Shown here piece by piece: positions 1 to 12,500 of a stretch of 64,000 bases of DNA; position 1 is the stretch's first letter, and every line of letters starts with the position of its first letter. This stretch comes from Laetmonice hystrix (taxonomy: Eukaryota). The stretch spans positions 40,922,001-40,986,000 of the forward strand of contig OZ249436.1 in NCBI GenBank assembly GCA_965235115.1, read 5' to 3'. The notes beneath the pieces were generated by a model. The model was not told the DNA's origin. It made no database searches and saw only the letters and a list, made by a program, of their open reading frames with translations. A program made the translations under genes and the position numbers.

Positions 1-3000
1 TCTGACGGATTGCCACACACCCTGGGCAGATCAGACCCCATCAGGATTCTGACCACTCGGTTGACTGACCACCATTATAGTAATGGCCGCCCTTCTTGTT
101 AGTTAATCCCCCCCCCCACCGGTGGTCACCGGAAATAAATTGGGTGGGCACAAAGGATGTTTAATGTTTGTGGCCCACCCTTGGAGAATGTTTAACCTTT
201 TAGGGCCTTATTTAGCTTTGACCCGGAAGACCCCTGTCGAGCGAAATGTTGATAACATTATGGTGGCTTTATTCGCCAAATGAAACCTGTTGAAAGTAAA
301 TCATACTCCACCCGTTGTCCTCGTTACTAAGGGATCGCATGATTGGTTAATAATTGGTCCTTCTTTTAGGTATGACGCCATTCTGCACAGGTGAATTAGT
401 TAGGTTGTTGACATTATGTGTGGGTGGACCTACATCTCAGAGAAGACAGGTGGAACTAAAGGACAGGTGTTATATTGTTGCTAGTAACCTGAGTTCTCTC
501 ATCATCCAGGTGCGTTCTTCCTTTAGTTTGTCTTCCACTGGCACATACCTGCTGGCTGTAAGTGTTGTTGGTAAGTTTGGCCGTTCATACATGGCCAGTA
601 GACATGGTATGGACCTACAGTTAGCTCAAACTACACGTCAACTTGACTTCCGTCAACTTTGACATCTACTTTTTATTGACTTGAATTCTTTTTTAAAGAT
701 ATAACTCGCTTTGTAATCAACAAAAAGAGAAATGCCTTTTGGTCATGACACCACAGGTATTGAAGGCTGTGGTCTTTATGTACCGTGACTTTGGTTGGTT
801 GATGTCCTTGACTATATGTAAAAAAATAAGAAAACTATAAACCTACCACATACAGCGGTGGACCTGCTACTTGGGATGTTAAAAGTAGTTTGAAAAGAAC
901 ATATCAGAAAGCATCCCATTCCTCCTGTTGTAAGACTTATAAATTTACAGGTGTCATAGAGCCATATATAATTTGGCAATTAAATAGAACTTTAATGTGA
1001 TAAGTAATTGTGCAACTACGTGTTCGATTTTTTAAATGATTTCATTGTGGAAATGTTCTAATCATGCAGTTGCATTCATCATAACGTAATTCCCCTGCCC
1101 CTCTAATTCCTCTTAAAGAAAAAAATGGCGAATGAAAAAGGGCTTCAGTCAGGTAGTGTATTGTATGTGGTAACAATGAAAAATTATGCTATTAGAACGA
1201 CAATATCCCCAGGGAGCGCGCGAGTCGTAAATTGTTCGTGAATAATTAACACTTGGTCAACTGCTTGCAGACAAACCAGAGCCGTGACTAGAACTCTCTC
1301 AACCAAGGAAAACCCTTCATAATACTCAGTCAGGCGCGACTATAGATACGCAAGATTGTGAAGGGCTTTAATTCAACTCTAACATCAATTCGTAACTGCC
1401 AAGTTTGAATTCAAAGTTCTTCAATAAAGCCAAAAACATGGAGAGAGAGGGGGCAGGATAAGGTAATATTTGTCTTTAAAATGCAGAAACGTGCTGTTGA
1501 CCTGTGCCATCTGTTTGTGAACGTGTGCCACCTGCACAGATCATTGAAAGCCTGTGTCTGAGAACCTTATTTTTGGAGTTCAGGGTCAGATAAACACTTT
1601 TGATCGAGCTGGTTGGTGGTACGTTCAGATGTAGAGAATGTTCTCGTCATCAGTGGCAGATGTAACTAACATTGTTGACCTAGGGCCCCGTTTTCACGAG
1701 GTCACGTCGCCTAATGAGACGTCGCCACCCCAAAATAACGTGTACCTGGCAATCTCCGTGGTGGGATCGCATCATCGTACTCCGGCAGGTCTAGGAGGAT
1801 TTCAAGTAGCACCTATTTATTTGGTGGATTATTATTCACACTGCATGCAGGGTTAGAAACGATAACCTTTGAATATACGACGACAGGCTATCTTTGGTAG
1901 GATTCCCTAGGATCAGCCAGTCCCCCCACCCACCATGTATTGACCTCATGACCGTTTGCTAAGGTGAGAACACGCAGTGTTTCAGCTCATTCAGCTCTGC
2001 CAATCAGATGATGGGGAGGAGATGATTCAGAACGTTGGCAAGGTAACTGGGGATAACGAGCTACCAGACGGGCTAGACCTCGCGGAAAGGAGAGATTACT
2101 TTGAAATCTGTATGATCCATAGGGTCCAAGGAGCGTAGGCCTCTTAACCATAAATTGCAGTTTTCATTCCTAATAGTTATTTTCAAGTCTCTATATTTTG
2201 AGACTACTTTTACTTATTTTTTAAAACATTTTTAGAAAGTAGGACAGTAAACCTAATGAGAACTAGCGCTGCATGAATTAGAAGGGATCAATAGTGCTCT
2301 CACGCATGCAGAACAAAGTTACGTCAGAGACGATAGAGCTGTTCAAGTTACAATGTTCTCATGTCAAAATACAATTTTTATTAGGTACAATCGATTGGAA
2401 CTATGGGAATAACATGTTTGCTATCATTATCTCGTTGCCATAGAGACACGAGTTCCAGGATAAAGCAGATCCAGGGAGGTCATATGATTGGGCAGTTTCA
2501 TGGCGTTTTCCGCATACATTTACGAAATGCGATTGTATATTTTATTATATTGCCATATTTGTGATACATTTTCTTTTTTTTTCATTTATCCCGTTGTGCA
2601 TCCTCTGCCTGCCTCCACGTTATTATACATAGATAAGTGGGGTTACCCTGATGGTTGAGGAAGCACGAACCGCCAGGTGTGTGACCGAGGTTGCATGTTA
2701 AGAGGTCAGTAAGTCGATAGACAGGGCTGATCCAGGGCTACGCAGTGACACCCAGTACTGGCCGCCGACACCATTCGTCCCACCATTACTGATTTAAGAG
2801 TCTGGCCAGATGTTTGCATTGTAAAAATAAATAAATGGGAAAAAAATTTAAAAAGGAGAAATATCTGGCGTGAATTATAGAGGTCGTTTCAGTTTATTGT
2901 GGTCGTTGATAGTTAAAGTCGAGCGATCTGCAGCAGTCCGCGGAAGGAGCAGAATTCTCAATAAATACTGAGAGACTGAACCAAAGAGTTGTGTTTGGAT

Positions 3001-6000
3001 TTTCAGTCGTGTAGTATATTAACGGGAATGTTGGAAAAACTGATGTATAGGAACGACAGAAATCGGCGTGATTCTAAGTAAACGTGTAGTCATGATGTTC
3101 ACGAAGAACTAGGTTACAGGGGGTTGGGGGATACCTGGGGTGTGGTGGGGTGGGGTGGGAATCGTGTGGGCCTTTTCGCATGATAGAACCGGAGTGATGG
3201 AGCGATGGCCAGGGGCGGTCCCGTGGGTTGGTGCACGTGGGGACCGAGGATTCACGCACGTGGAGGAGGGAGCGGTCCAGGAATGGTTCTGTTATGTCAG
3301 GATCGTTTTATTCGTTTACTCTTATTTTATTATTATTTTTTTAATCACCCACTTCCTTTCTTGATACCTGAAGAAATCTGACGGCTACATGCCCTTTACC
3401 TTGACTGGAAAGTGACGGTCACATAACGCATAAAGTAGGAAAGAATTAAACTGACACGAGACACAGAACAACCTGACAGCCGATATGTTCAGGCTAACCT
3501 TATGATGGGCATAACTCGATAAATATTCATTACATCATCAATATTCATGATTACATAAGGATCGGGCGGACATGTAGGACGGGGAATTTTCTCCAGTCGG
3601 TGCCCGCACAATTTGGTGGCAGATGGTAGAATATCATCCTGCCTAGCTCGAAGTTTGTTTTGATAAGTTCGGTGTGTTTAGACAGTGGCTCAGTGAGCGT
3701 GACAGGTGGTAAGGACGTAGTATTATTATGGGACCTATGTCTGCTCTCTGTACCTGTGGGGCATGCAGGACTCACTGGTGCAGTCCGGCTGCACCACTCT
3801 GCACCAAGGAGGAGTTTCATAGTCAAGGTTTCACGTATACCCTAGCTATCCACATGAAGGCTGTGACTAGAAAATCATCCTAATGTCGTTCTGCCTACCA
3901 CAGACCGAGATTACGAAACTCTCAGAGGTTAGAGTCAATGTTCATCTCTTTATATCAGTTGGGTTACTCATGATTCACTCCGAAATAAACGGAAAGTCCC
4001 TCGCCATTTCTCATAATTATTGTGTGATCGATCGGGTCATTCCATATGCAAAATACCCATGTCCTAAAACATGCGAAGATTAAAATCAAAATTAATTCTT
4101 GTTCTTTCTTTCTGATATCGAAAGTAAGTAAAGAGTTTGTAACTGCACTCTAACAGTTTCTAACCGTTTATTATGGTCCTGTATGAGGATAAGCTGGTTG
4201 TAATTAGTCTCCGCTGGCCTCCAATACCTAGTTCATTAATTCAATTGATTCATCTCAAAGCGCATGCCAACTATTTAGATTATTTTATGTAAATGGGAGG
4301 TAATGGCGTCAAGCCGAAATTGGCTGACAGGTATGTGCATTAATGAGGCAACACTTCGACAAGTTTGTGAATATTTAACCTTTATTTTTTTTTCTGTTTA
4401 ACAATACGCTAGGCTAAAATTGAAATCAATTTCTTAAGGCAGCCAGTGTGTGTGAGCTATGAATGTAGAATGTGGCCTTGTCTGTTCGAACTGTTACCTT
4501 TTTGACATGTAAATTTAATGGTTTCCCAGTTGGTGAATGTATGGATACATAAGCGGTAGCCATAGTGATCTTTCCGTAGCGGTGAGTGCCATACAGAAGT
4601 GTTTTAATAAGTTCCGCAGCGTTGATAAGTGCGTACAGAAGCGTTTTAATAAGTTCCATCAATATCCACATATTGGACCAGGATGAAGATCATACACAGT
4701 AAGTTTTATCTACCCAATAAAAGAAACATTGTGTTTTTGAGAACAACCCGTCAGAGATACCCTTTAGGGGCAGTAGGCCTACTTCTTATCACATCTGCTA
4801 TGGTACAGCTAATCCAATTTCTGTGCTCATAGCTGGAGAATCGGTTGTAAATTATTCACTAAACCTAGATATTTTGGAGGCAACTAAAGATTGATTATTT
4901 CGAAGTTGATGATTTGAGTTTAACGTTGTTACAGTTTGGACCCCCCACAGAAAGGAAGAGGTCGGAAATCAATTTAAATTTTAAAGTGTTCAACTCTATT
5001 CAAGCAAGCGACATAAATAACCGTTAATTTTGATAGAACTCAAAACCTACAATTTCAAAAAGAGTTTAGAAAATCAATTGTACCCATAGTTAGTTCGCAT
5101 ATTGAACGACAGATACTTCCTGGGTCAATAGCTCATCTACACAGCTGCTGGGAGCGAGTAGGAGGGTGAGCGATGTGTGTTGTGATGTATCCACATAGTG
5201 GGGTTTGGTCAGCTGTTTCTACTGACAATTATTAACTCCCTACTGCCAAACATGGCCTGGGGCTGGTGCTGGACATTGGATAACGAGTACAGTAAAACCG
5301 TCACGGGAGGCCTGACTGAGTGAATTGGTGGATTCAGCCCTAGCAGCAGAATTCAAGCCTATACTCTGGGGTGGGGGTGAAAATACACAATAATATAACG
5401 TGTTCATGCGAGGCGGGACTGATTATTCACCTTTCCATTTCTCTTCCAAACGATTGACTTGTTTTACAGTAAAAATTACAGTAAAATTTTTGTCACGATA
5501 ATTCCTCCTTAGAGAACCAGTATATATATGCGATACTTTAACAGAAATCTACTCCAAAATCTACAAAACCGTCTAGTTGCTCAATATGGGCCCCAATAAA
5601 TTTCAGATCTCTACAATGCATGAACTTGTAACAAATTGCCCTGACAAAGGCCAGAGGAGTAATTGTTGATAAGTAACTGGACATGCATTCATGGCAAGTA
5701 ATTCAACCAAACACACAACAAAGTCTGCCCAGTGTGAACATGTTCCAGTGGCCACTGGTCTGGAAACCTTGGCACAAACTCACCGTCGGCGGCCGCTCGT
5801 ATACATTGATCACGGAGCCCCTACCCCCCCCCCCCCCGCCCGGCCTGTGGTCAACCAGGGAGTTGTTTTTTTTCCCTTCCAATCTGGACAACGCCCTCTT
5901 TTTATGCTCCATTGCCTTGACTCTCGTGACTTGAGCCAGAGCAGTGCATTACCTGACAACGCCCTCAGTAGGCTGACTTTTATGTATTCATGAGCCTCTT

Positions 6001-6288
6001 CAGACGCCAGGTATGGCCCTGCCGACATCCCGGGAGACCCGGATGTAGATTGTCTAACAAAAAGATTATACATGTAGGCCTATAGGATTGCGTATAAATA
6101 ACTTCTGCAAAAAAAATAACTCTGATAAAGTCATAAATCGTGGGCCTGTATAATGTACGTGTGGTTAATGGCAAACTATTTTGGATGTATAGTTGTTTGC
6201 CGATCCTGTTACGAATGTAACCTTTCATTGCCATTTATCCCCCCCCCCCCCCCCCCGTCCGGAGAAATACAAACTCATTGGCAGTATT

Positions 6289-6528
6289 CTGCCGTGAAAT
6301 GACAAAAGGAAGCAAGTCCAAAATCGACTTAAGTGTAAATTTGGATTCAGGGAAGTAAGTCCTGTTCTATCAATGGGTGTATTTCTGCTAAACATCCTTC
6401 TATGAAGCTATCAGTCACATGACAGAAGGAAGCATGCCCATCCAACTGCACTGTAGAGACAACCTGTTTATATCCATTTCTCGAAACTTGAACTTTTGGA
6501 CTTGCTTCCTTTTGTCATTTCACGGCAG
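6289..6528. mobile_element. 240-bp MITE with perfect 35-bp TIRs and apparent 4-bp TSD (TATT)
   Basis: ctgccgtgaaatgacaaaaggaagcaagtccaaaa at 6289-6323 and its exact reverse complement ending at 6528; tatt on both flanks. Confidence 0.85.
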
Positions 6529-9500
6529 TATTCTAAGAGATGGTTGTCAGCGACACAATAGAAGGGATTCATTGGATGTTAGATGTTGGGTGTAGGTCTG
6601 CTCTTGTGATAAGCTTCTACTGCAGTTTTTAACAACAGTATTCTGTAATATTTTCAAACCAATAGAAGAAGCAATAACCAGGCGTTAACAGGCAGTAACA
6701 ATGTCGCTTACAATGAGACCGAGAAAAAAAAACATTGGGAAGGTGCTCACATGGTAGATCGATCCTTATTGCTCATTGAATGAGATGAAAAAAGAACAAC
6801 TGAAAGTGGGGAGAAGAAGTACGAATTCTGCCATCGAAAAGGCAGTGTGACATGAAGCTAAGGGTCGGTGATAATAAGGAAGAAGTGGCCAACATGCTGA
6901 ATGATTTCAGGGACACGCAGGACTCAGGACAGCCTGGGGCAGAACCTATATGTTGTCGGTACGTCAGCCATGAGGGGAGAACTCCATGTATTATGTATTC
7001 TACCACAGCCATTCCATCACATCCCCATCCACTGAGCCTGATTGGGTCGATATAGTGGATTCTACATCGATAGGGAATTACCTGAGATTGGGAATTGCCC
7101 GGGGCATGTCCTGTAATGTTATGAGGTTAACAAGGGCGCAGTCAGGGCCGAGGAAGGCTGGAAAATGCCCGTAGGTTTCTTTTTTTAGTTAGACTCTCTG
7201 CCTTACGTGACCTGTCAACAGGGTGTAGGTCACTTTGAATCTCTTTTGATGGATTGCTTTTCGATTTGAGAAATTGCTAAGTTGTTACTAAGGGTTGTTT
7301 GGGACAACAGCTTATAAAAACTCCGAAATTTGAATCGGGTTTTGAAAGATGCAGAATACCAAATACATATCTATAGGTCACAGTACTGGAACAGCGAAGC
7401 AATAGATTTCTAAAAGTTGAGTATTATCATGCTTCAAGTGAAAAGGGAATAATATTTAATCTCATTGTTACCTCCCGTATTGGAGGCAGTGAAAACAATT
7501 TTCGAGAGGAGGAAACCTGATCCCATTTTGAATCTATTGGGAAATATATATTGCACTTGCTAATTTTGCCACATCCTCCAGAGGTATCCGAACACGAAAT
7601 TGCTCATTTTTATGTGTGTATGGGGGAAGAAGAGATTGGCCCTGATAACCCCTCCCGACGCCCCTGGCCCTGTCGTTGGCCCTCTCCTAATGACCACCGC
7701 CCTATCCCCTCACATGTACGTCGTCTCTACGTCCCGGATTTCAAACGTACTTGTCTGAAGGGGTTAGACGTAAATTTGAGCTTTCTTCTGAAAATCTCGG
7801 AAATAGGCCCAGGCATGTGATCATTCATGAGGTTTTTATGCTCACGGGTCATGTACACCGTCGTGAAGCTGACCTTTTCTGAAGGAGTGAAAACTCGGAC
7901 AACCTCTTTACTCCAGTCAGACCCCAAACACGGGACCATCTGGTAATGTCAATGATTCACAAGGATAAACCTCTAATATATCTGGGTATTAAAAGCTTAA
8001 TATATTCTGTCAATGACCTTTGAGTTTAACATTTTGGTTAAAGAACTACCGTTTTATATCTCAATGCATTAAAACAACACTTGGATTTCCAATAGTGTGA
8101 TTCTCTGCATTTGCTATAAAGGGGGAAATCCATTCCAGGATGACTAGTTTATTGCAGAGATTTATAGACGAGAGAATAATATCTGGCGTAACATACTGGC
8201 AATATAAAGGAACTACTACACTTTAGTTTGAGGATTGGTATTATATGTGGTGTGTTTACAATGGTAATAGGTACAGGTAAAGTATAGGATTCTGGCAGGT
8301 GGGGACACAGGCCGTCCGTTATAGCGATGTTAGTGTCGGCTCTGGCCGTATTGATCACAATGGTACTAAGTATATATCAGGAGACTGGTGGGTCCTGCCA
8401 GTAACTATCGGCCTGGCGAGCTGGGAATTAAAAGTTTATAAGTAAATATGATTTTATTGATATGGTTGCTACAGGACCTTTGGGATTTGGGACTTAAAGG
8501 GATCTATACACCAACCACCACCACCACCATCCCCACAAACCTACCACCCCCACAATAAACGGTTTCAATCGTTGCTCCCATGTCATTGAATCTTACCACT
8601 CGTATATTCACACTGGTGGTGCGAGGGAGATCGCGTACACATCGTGGTCAATTCGGACCGAATTGGAGATGGTGATATTTTGCGTTCGTTATTTCATGGT
8701 TCACTTTAAAAAAACTGATCCGTTTATCTAAAGGCCGTATACTTTATACTCTGTCAGGTTTCAAGACAAACTGCATGTTTCGTGAAAACCTAACACAAGC
8801 CTTAGCACCCCTCTTGGGTTTAAGTTTGTTTGGCCTTACAACTTTGATCAAGTGAGGCGTTATGGATGGCGGGATGCTGCCCTTGACATGGTGTCACACC
8901 TTGTTTGTCAGCACCAGCCAGGCGGACATCCAGTGATCCATGACGACCCGTATTAACCTTTGACCTCCCAGCCACCGTGAACGTCTGCTCCTGAAGTCTT
9001 CCTTCCGGGACAGATGTGAAAGAGACGATAGCGTGACGGTTGACAGCCGAGGGGGCAAATTATAATCAGCATCCTGCACCTCGTCCTGGTCGTGAAGTCG
9101 TCAGACCGTGAAGCCTTCTCGAGAAGAACGTCATGTTCATTTGGATGGTTCATGAATTATAGCTCCAATAAAGTGGAATGGGTTGTTGTAATGTTCGCAG
9201 TGAGGTCTGTGGTCACTAGTCATGAACTTGTGATTGCGTGAGTTGGTGATATTTCCCAGAGGACGATAGATACCTACAGCTGCACCTGGCAGTCACCGGG
9301 GGGAGTGGGAGGAGGTCACTGAGACTATATCATTGTTCTAGGGCGGGTGTCGCCCCCAGGTTAGTCAGACCTTGAGGGATCTAATCAGATAACTCATTGA
9401 CCCTGAGGTCAATATGTCCCATTGGCATATACTCTCAGTGTTTTACGTCCAGATGTCGATGGTTAACATGCCCAACGTGTAGTCATTCTACGAGATTTGT

Positions 9501-12500
9501 AAATTTGGTGCATTGACTAGATTTGTAAATTTGATGCATTGACTGTTAGAAGTGTGATACAATAAATCACATTATACTGTGGTCATCGTCTGCGCAACGG
9601 ATGTCAATATAAAAAGTGGCAAAATATTGAGTTCCGGTAGAGGCATTGTTAACAGTTGTAGTGACATTTGGCGACCAGACCTGATTGCCCTGACATTTGC
9701 AGGTAGCCTACAGTAAATACGTAGAGTGTTTCAGCTTGTCCCAAACAGTCAATGCCACCTTGGTATTTTGTTGACTGGAACATTGATAAGACCGAAACGG
9801 GAAATTAACACGTGTAGACGACATAGTAAAATTATGTTTTGATAACTTTGGTTCTAAATATAAATGAGAGACTAAAAATTCGAAAGCAACAGAAACATCT
9901 TCTTGGATAGGCCTACCGTATATGAAAGGTGATGAAAGTCGAGAATACCTGTAATGTATGATATGGTATGACAAATATTCTATAGCCGTCAGCTATAGAA
10001 TGTGAGTTTAAGCTAAAGCCCCTACTTTGTAAACTATAAATACAGCTAAAGGTACTTTGATTGTGTTTCCTCATGATTTTTTAAAATGGTGCGATTCAGT
10101 GGACAAGTGTTATTACTGGCATAGATTTTACAAGTGGTAGTTTTATTGGATACTGGGATTTATTGGAAGGCCCAGCCACCCAGACAACCGTTGACCAGAC
10201 AAACACATGCTGGGACTATGTATCTGATAGGTCAATATCGGCCAGGCCTTGATCCAGTACGAATTGTGATAATCGTGACTCGTGACCCCCCACCCCCCAC
10301 CCCCCCACCCCACCCCCCAACCCCCCAACCCCCAGCCAGTGGTACCGTCCGTTTTCTCCAATGCCCGACGTGTCGTACCCTGTCGATACAGTGTGGTACG
10401 TTAAAATACTCTGGTACATTTACATTTATCATGTTCCGGTGCACAGGTTTCCTTTTGGTAGCATTGTCATTATCATACATGACGAGCTAAATAAACAATC
10501 CGTCTCATTTTGACATAGCCTGTGATCCTGACTTGGTATATATTTAACAGTCAGTTTAATCAACTCTGTGCTCGTATAGGCTGACAGATATTCCCTTTCT
10601 GTCTCTTAGCGTGTGCCTCAGTCAGTGCTCAAAGGTGCCGTGCACGCAAACCTTTCACATTGTCAACATCTGGGCAAATTAAGGTTTGTATTTGACGCTC
10701 AGAGTATTTCAAACAAACTATTAGACACCACACTTACAGCGGCAATTAAATATAAGCATACACTCAAAAATGACTCGTTGAACTTTTTCCCCCTAATTAT
10801 TTTTTCCTTCACATAGATAAGTACACCTTTGATGTAATTCGTTACTGATTGGACCCCAGTACCCGATCTCTTGTTCATGTCTGACTGCTTACGACCCCTC
10901 ACCCCTCTGCGTTGATCAGTGTTATTTATGACTCATTAGTAGATTGTTATTATTCCTAATTATACCTTTGTGGTCACCTTAATTAAAAATCCTTTTCTGT
11001 CATAACATCTCGAGGTTTCCCAATTGGCGAATGAATGAATGTCTGTCCATTTAGGAATGACTATCAGTTTCGGACAGTACGTTTTAGACCTGTGTTATTT
11101 TGACTCTTTCTGTTGTGTGACCAAAAAATCTAACTTCTCCCTGTATTTACCATTGAATTTACGTTATTTTAGGTTTGTTCAATCTCCAGTCCTATAATGT
11201 TTTAGTTCAAGACATTGTTCTAAAAATAATAACGTATTCCGAGCCACATCTGTAAAGATTGGACAGGAAACCTTCCGGGCTGTCATGATGAGGACGTTAC
11301 TTTGTGTTGGTTGTGTCTGCTATAGCGTGTTGTCATGCCAACCTCTCCAGTATGTATGTAGGGGTTTATATGTAAGGTGGTCTAGAGGCCCATGGAGATA
11401 GGGTAGTACACTGCAGGTAGTGCACTGACCCACCCTTTGTGGTAGCAGTGACAAAAGACCCTCAGGGGACAGCAGCAATATCACGTTTCTCATCACTCAC
11501 ATGAAACTTGCTGAGTTCTTTCAGATCCCATATCTGGGAAATACGCAGTAAAAAAAATAATAGTGAGGTTGGCATTAACTTTCAAAGGTGGCACTTCCAA
11601 TGTCCTGTGCTTTCTGTAGATCCATGTCATGTGAGGAGTCTTAACGCTGAAGGTAGTGGTGGATTCTATGGCCTCGCTCTATGATATCAACCAGGGGCAT
11701 TCCCATGGAAGAAGGCATTTTTATTCATGCATTCAATATCGATCGATCTGAGTAAAGTGAGACCTCTTAACCGATGAGGTCATGAAAGTTGTCATTTCAC
11801 ACCTGCAGCGATGGCGTCTTTATTACCTCGTAATGACCTATTTCCCCGCCTTTCTTTAAACTCATGCCCATTTTACCAGTGTCTTAGTGTCTGCTCATGC
11901 GTTTTGGTCCGACATTGTGCAAAGTAGTGCACCTTTGATGTACATGTACATGATTAATTGTAGTTGGGGGCGCCAATTGAGCTCGCCGCCCATCTCTATT
12001 TTGATATTATGACGGATTACGTGAGAGTCTATCGTACAAAACCTCTCGAAGAATACCTGTTGTGGATGGGTGGGATGTATAGAATTGTACAGAGAGCTGC
12101 TTCCTATAGACCTAAAGCCGTACCGTATGACAACAATAATTGGCCTGCTCTGTGACACGCTATACCCCTACCTCATACCCGGTACCCCAGCGGCCGGGAG
12201 GGCCGCCGTGCATCGCTCCGGTTGGCAGCCAGGCGTGGCCAACCACAGCCCACCACGAGTTACCATGGCGACTGTATAAACCACGTTCACAACAAGGGCA
12301 AAATAGAAATATAGCCATGAGATTGTGTGTCACAAAAGCGTCAGTGGTGTAGGTAGGTCGGCGAAAGGCTTCAATGATTTCGAGGTCAATAGTGATTAGG
12401 CAATTAACCTGAAGTGTATCAGGGTTAGGGTGAAGGGTGTTGAAATGAGCAAGTTTTGTGTGCGATCATGTCTGGCTTGTTATCCAGCGTGTTATCCGCC

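Noticed and set aside
142..180. Hairpin gggtgggcacaaa...tttgtggcccaccc as a pre-miRNA or terminator
   Set aside because: Too short for a pre-miRNA, the stem does not extend, and intrinsic terminators do not apply in this context.
2005..2021. 17-nt exact match to 58081-58097 (cagatgatggggaggag) and a possible small exon at 1995-2042
   Set aside because: A single 17-mer match in 64 kb is compatible with chance, and the peptide has no recognisable homology or partner exons.
11285..11360. MMRTLLCVGCVCYSVLSC signal-like peptide as a distal first exon
   Set aside because: Nearby gtatgt donors are not phase 1, so they cannot join exon 2 in frame. No other support.
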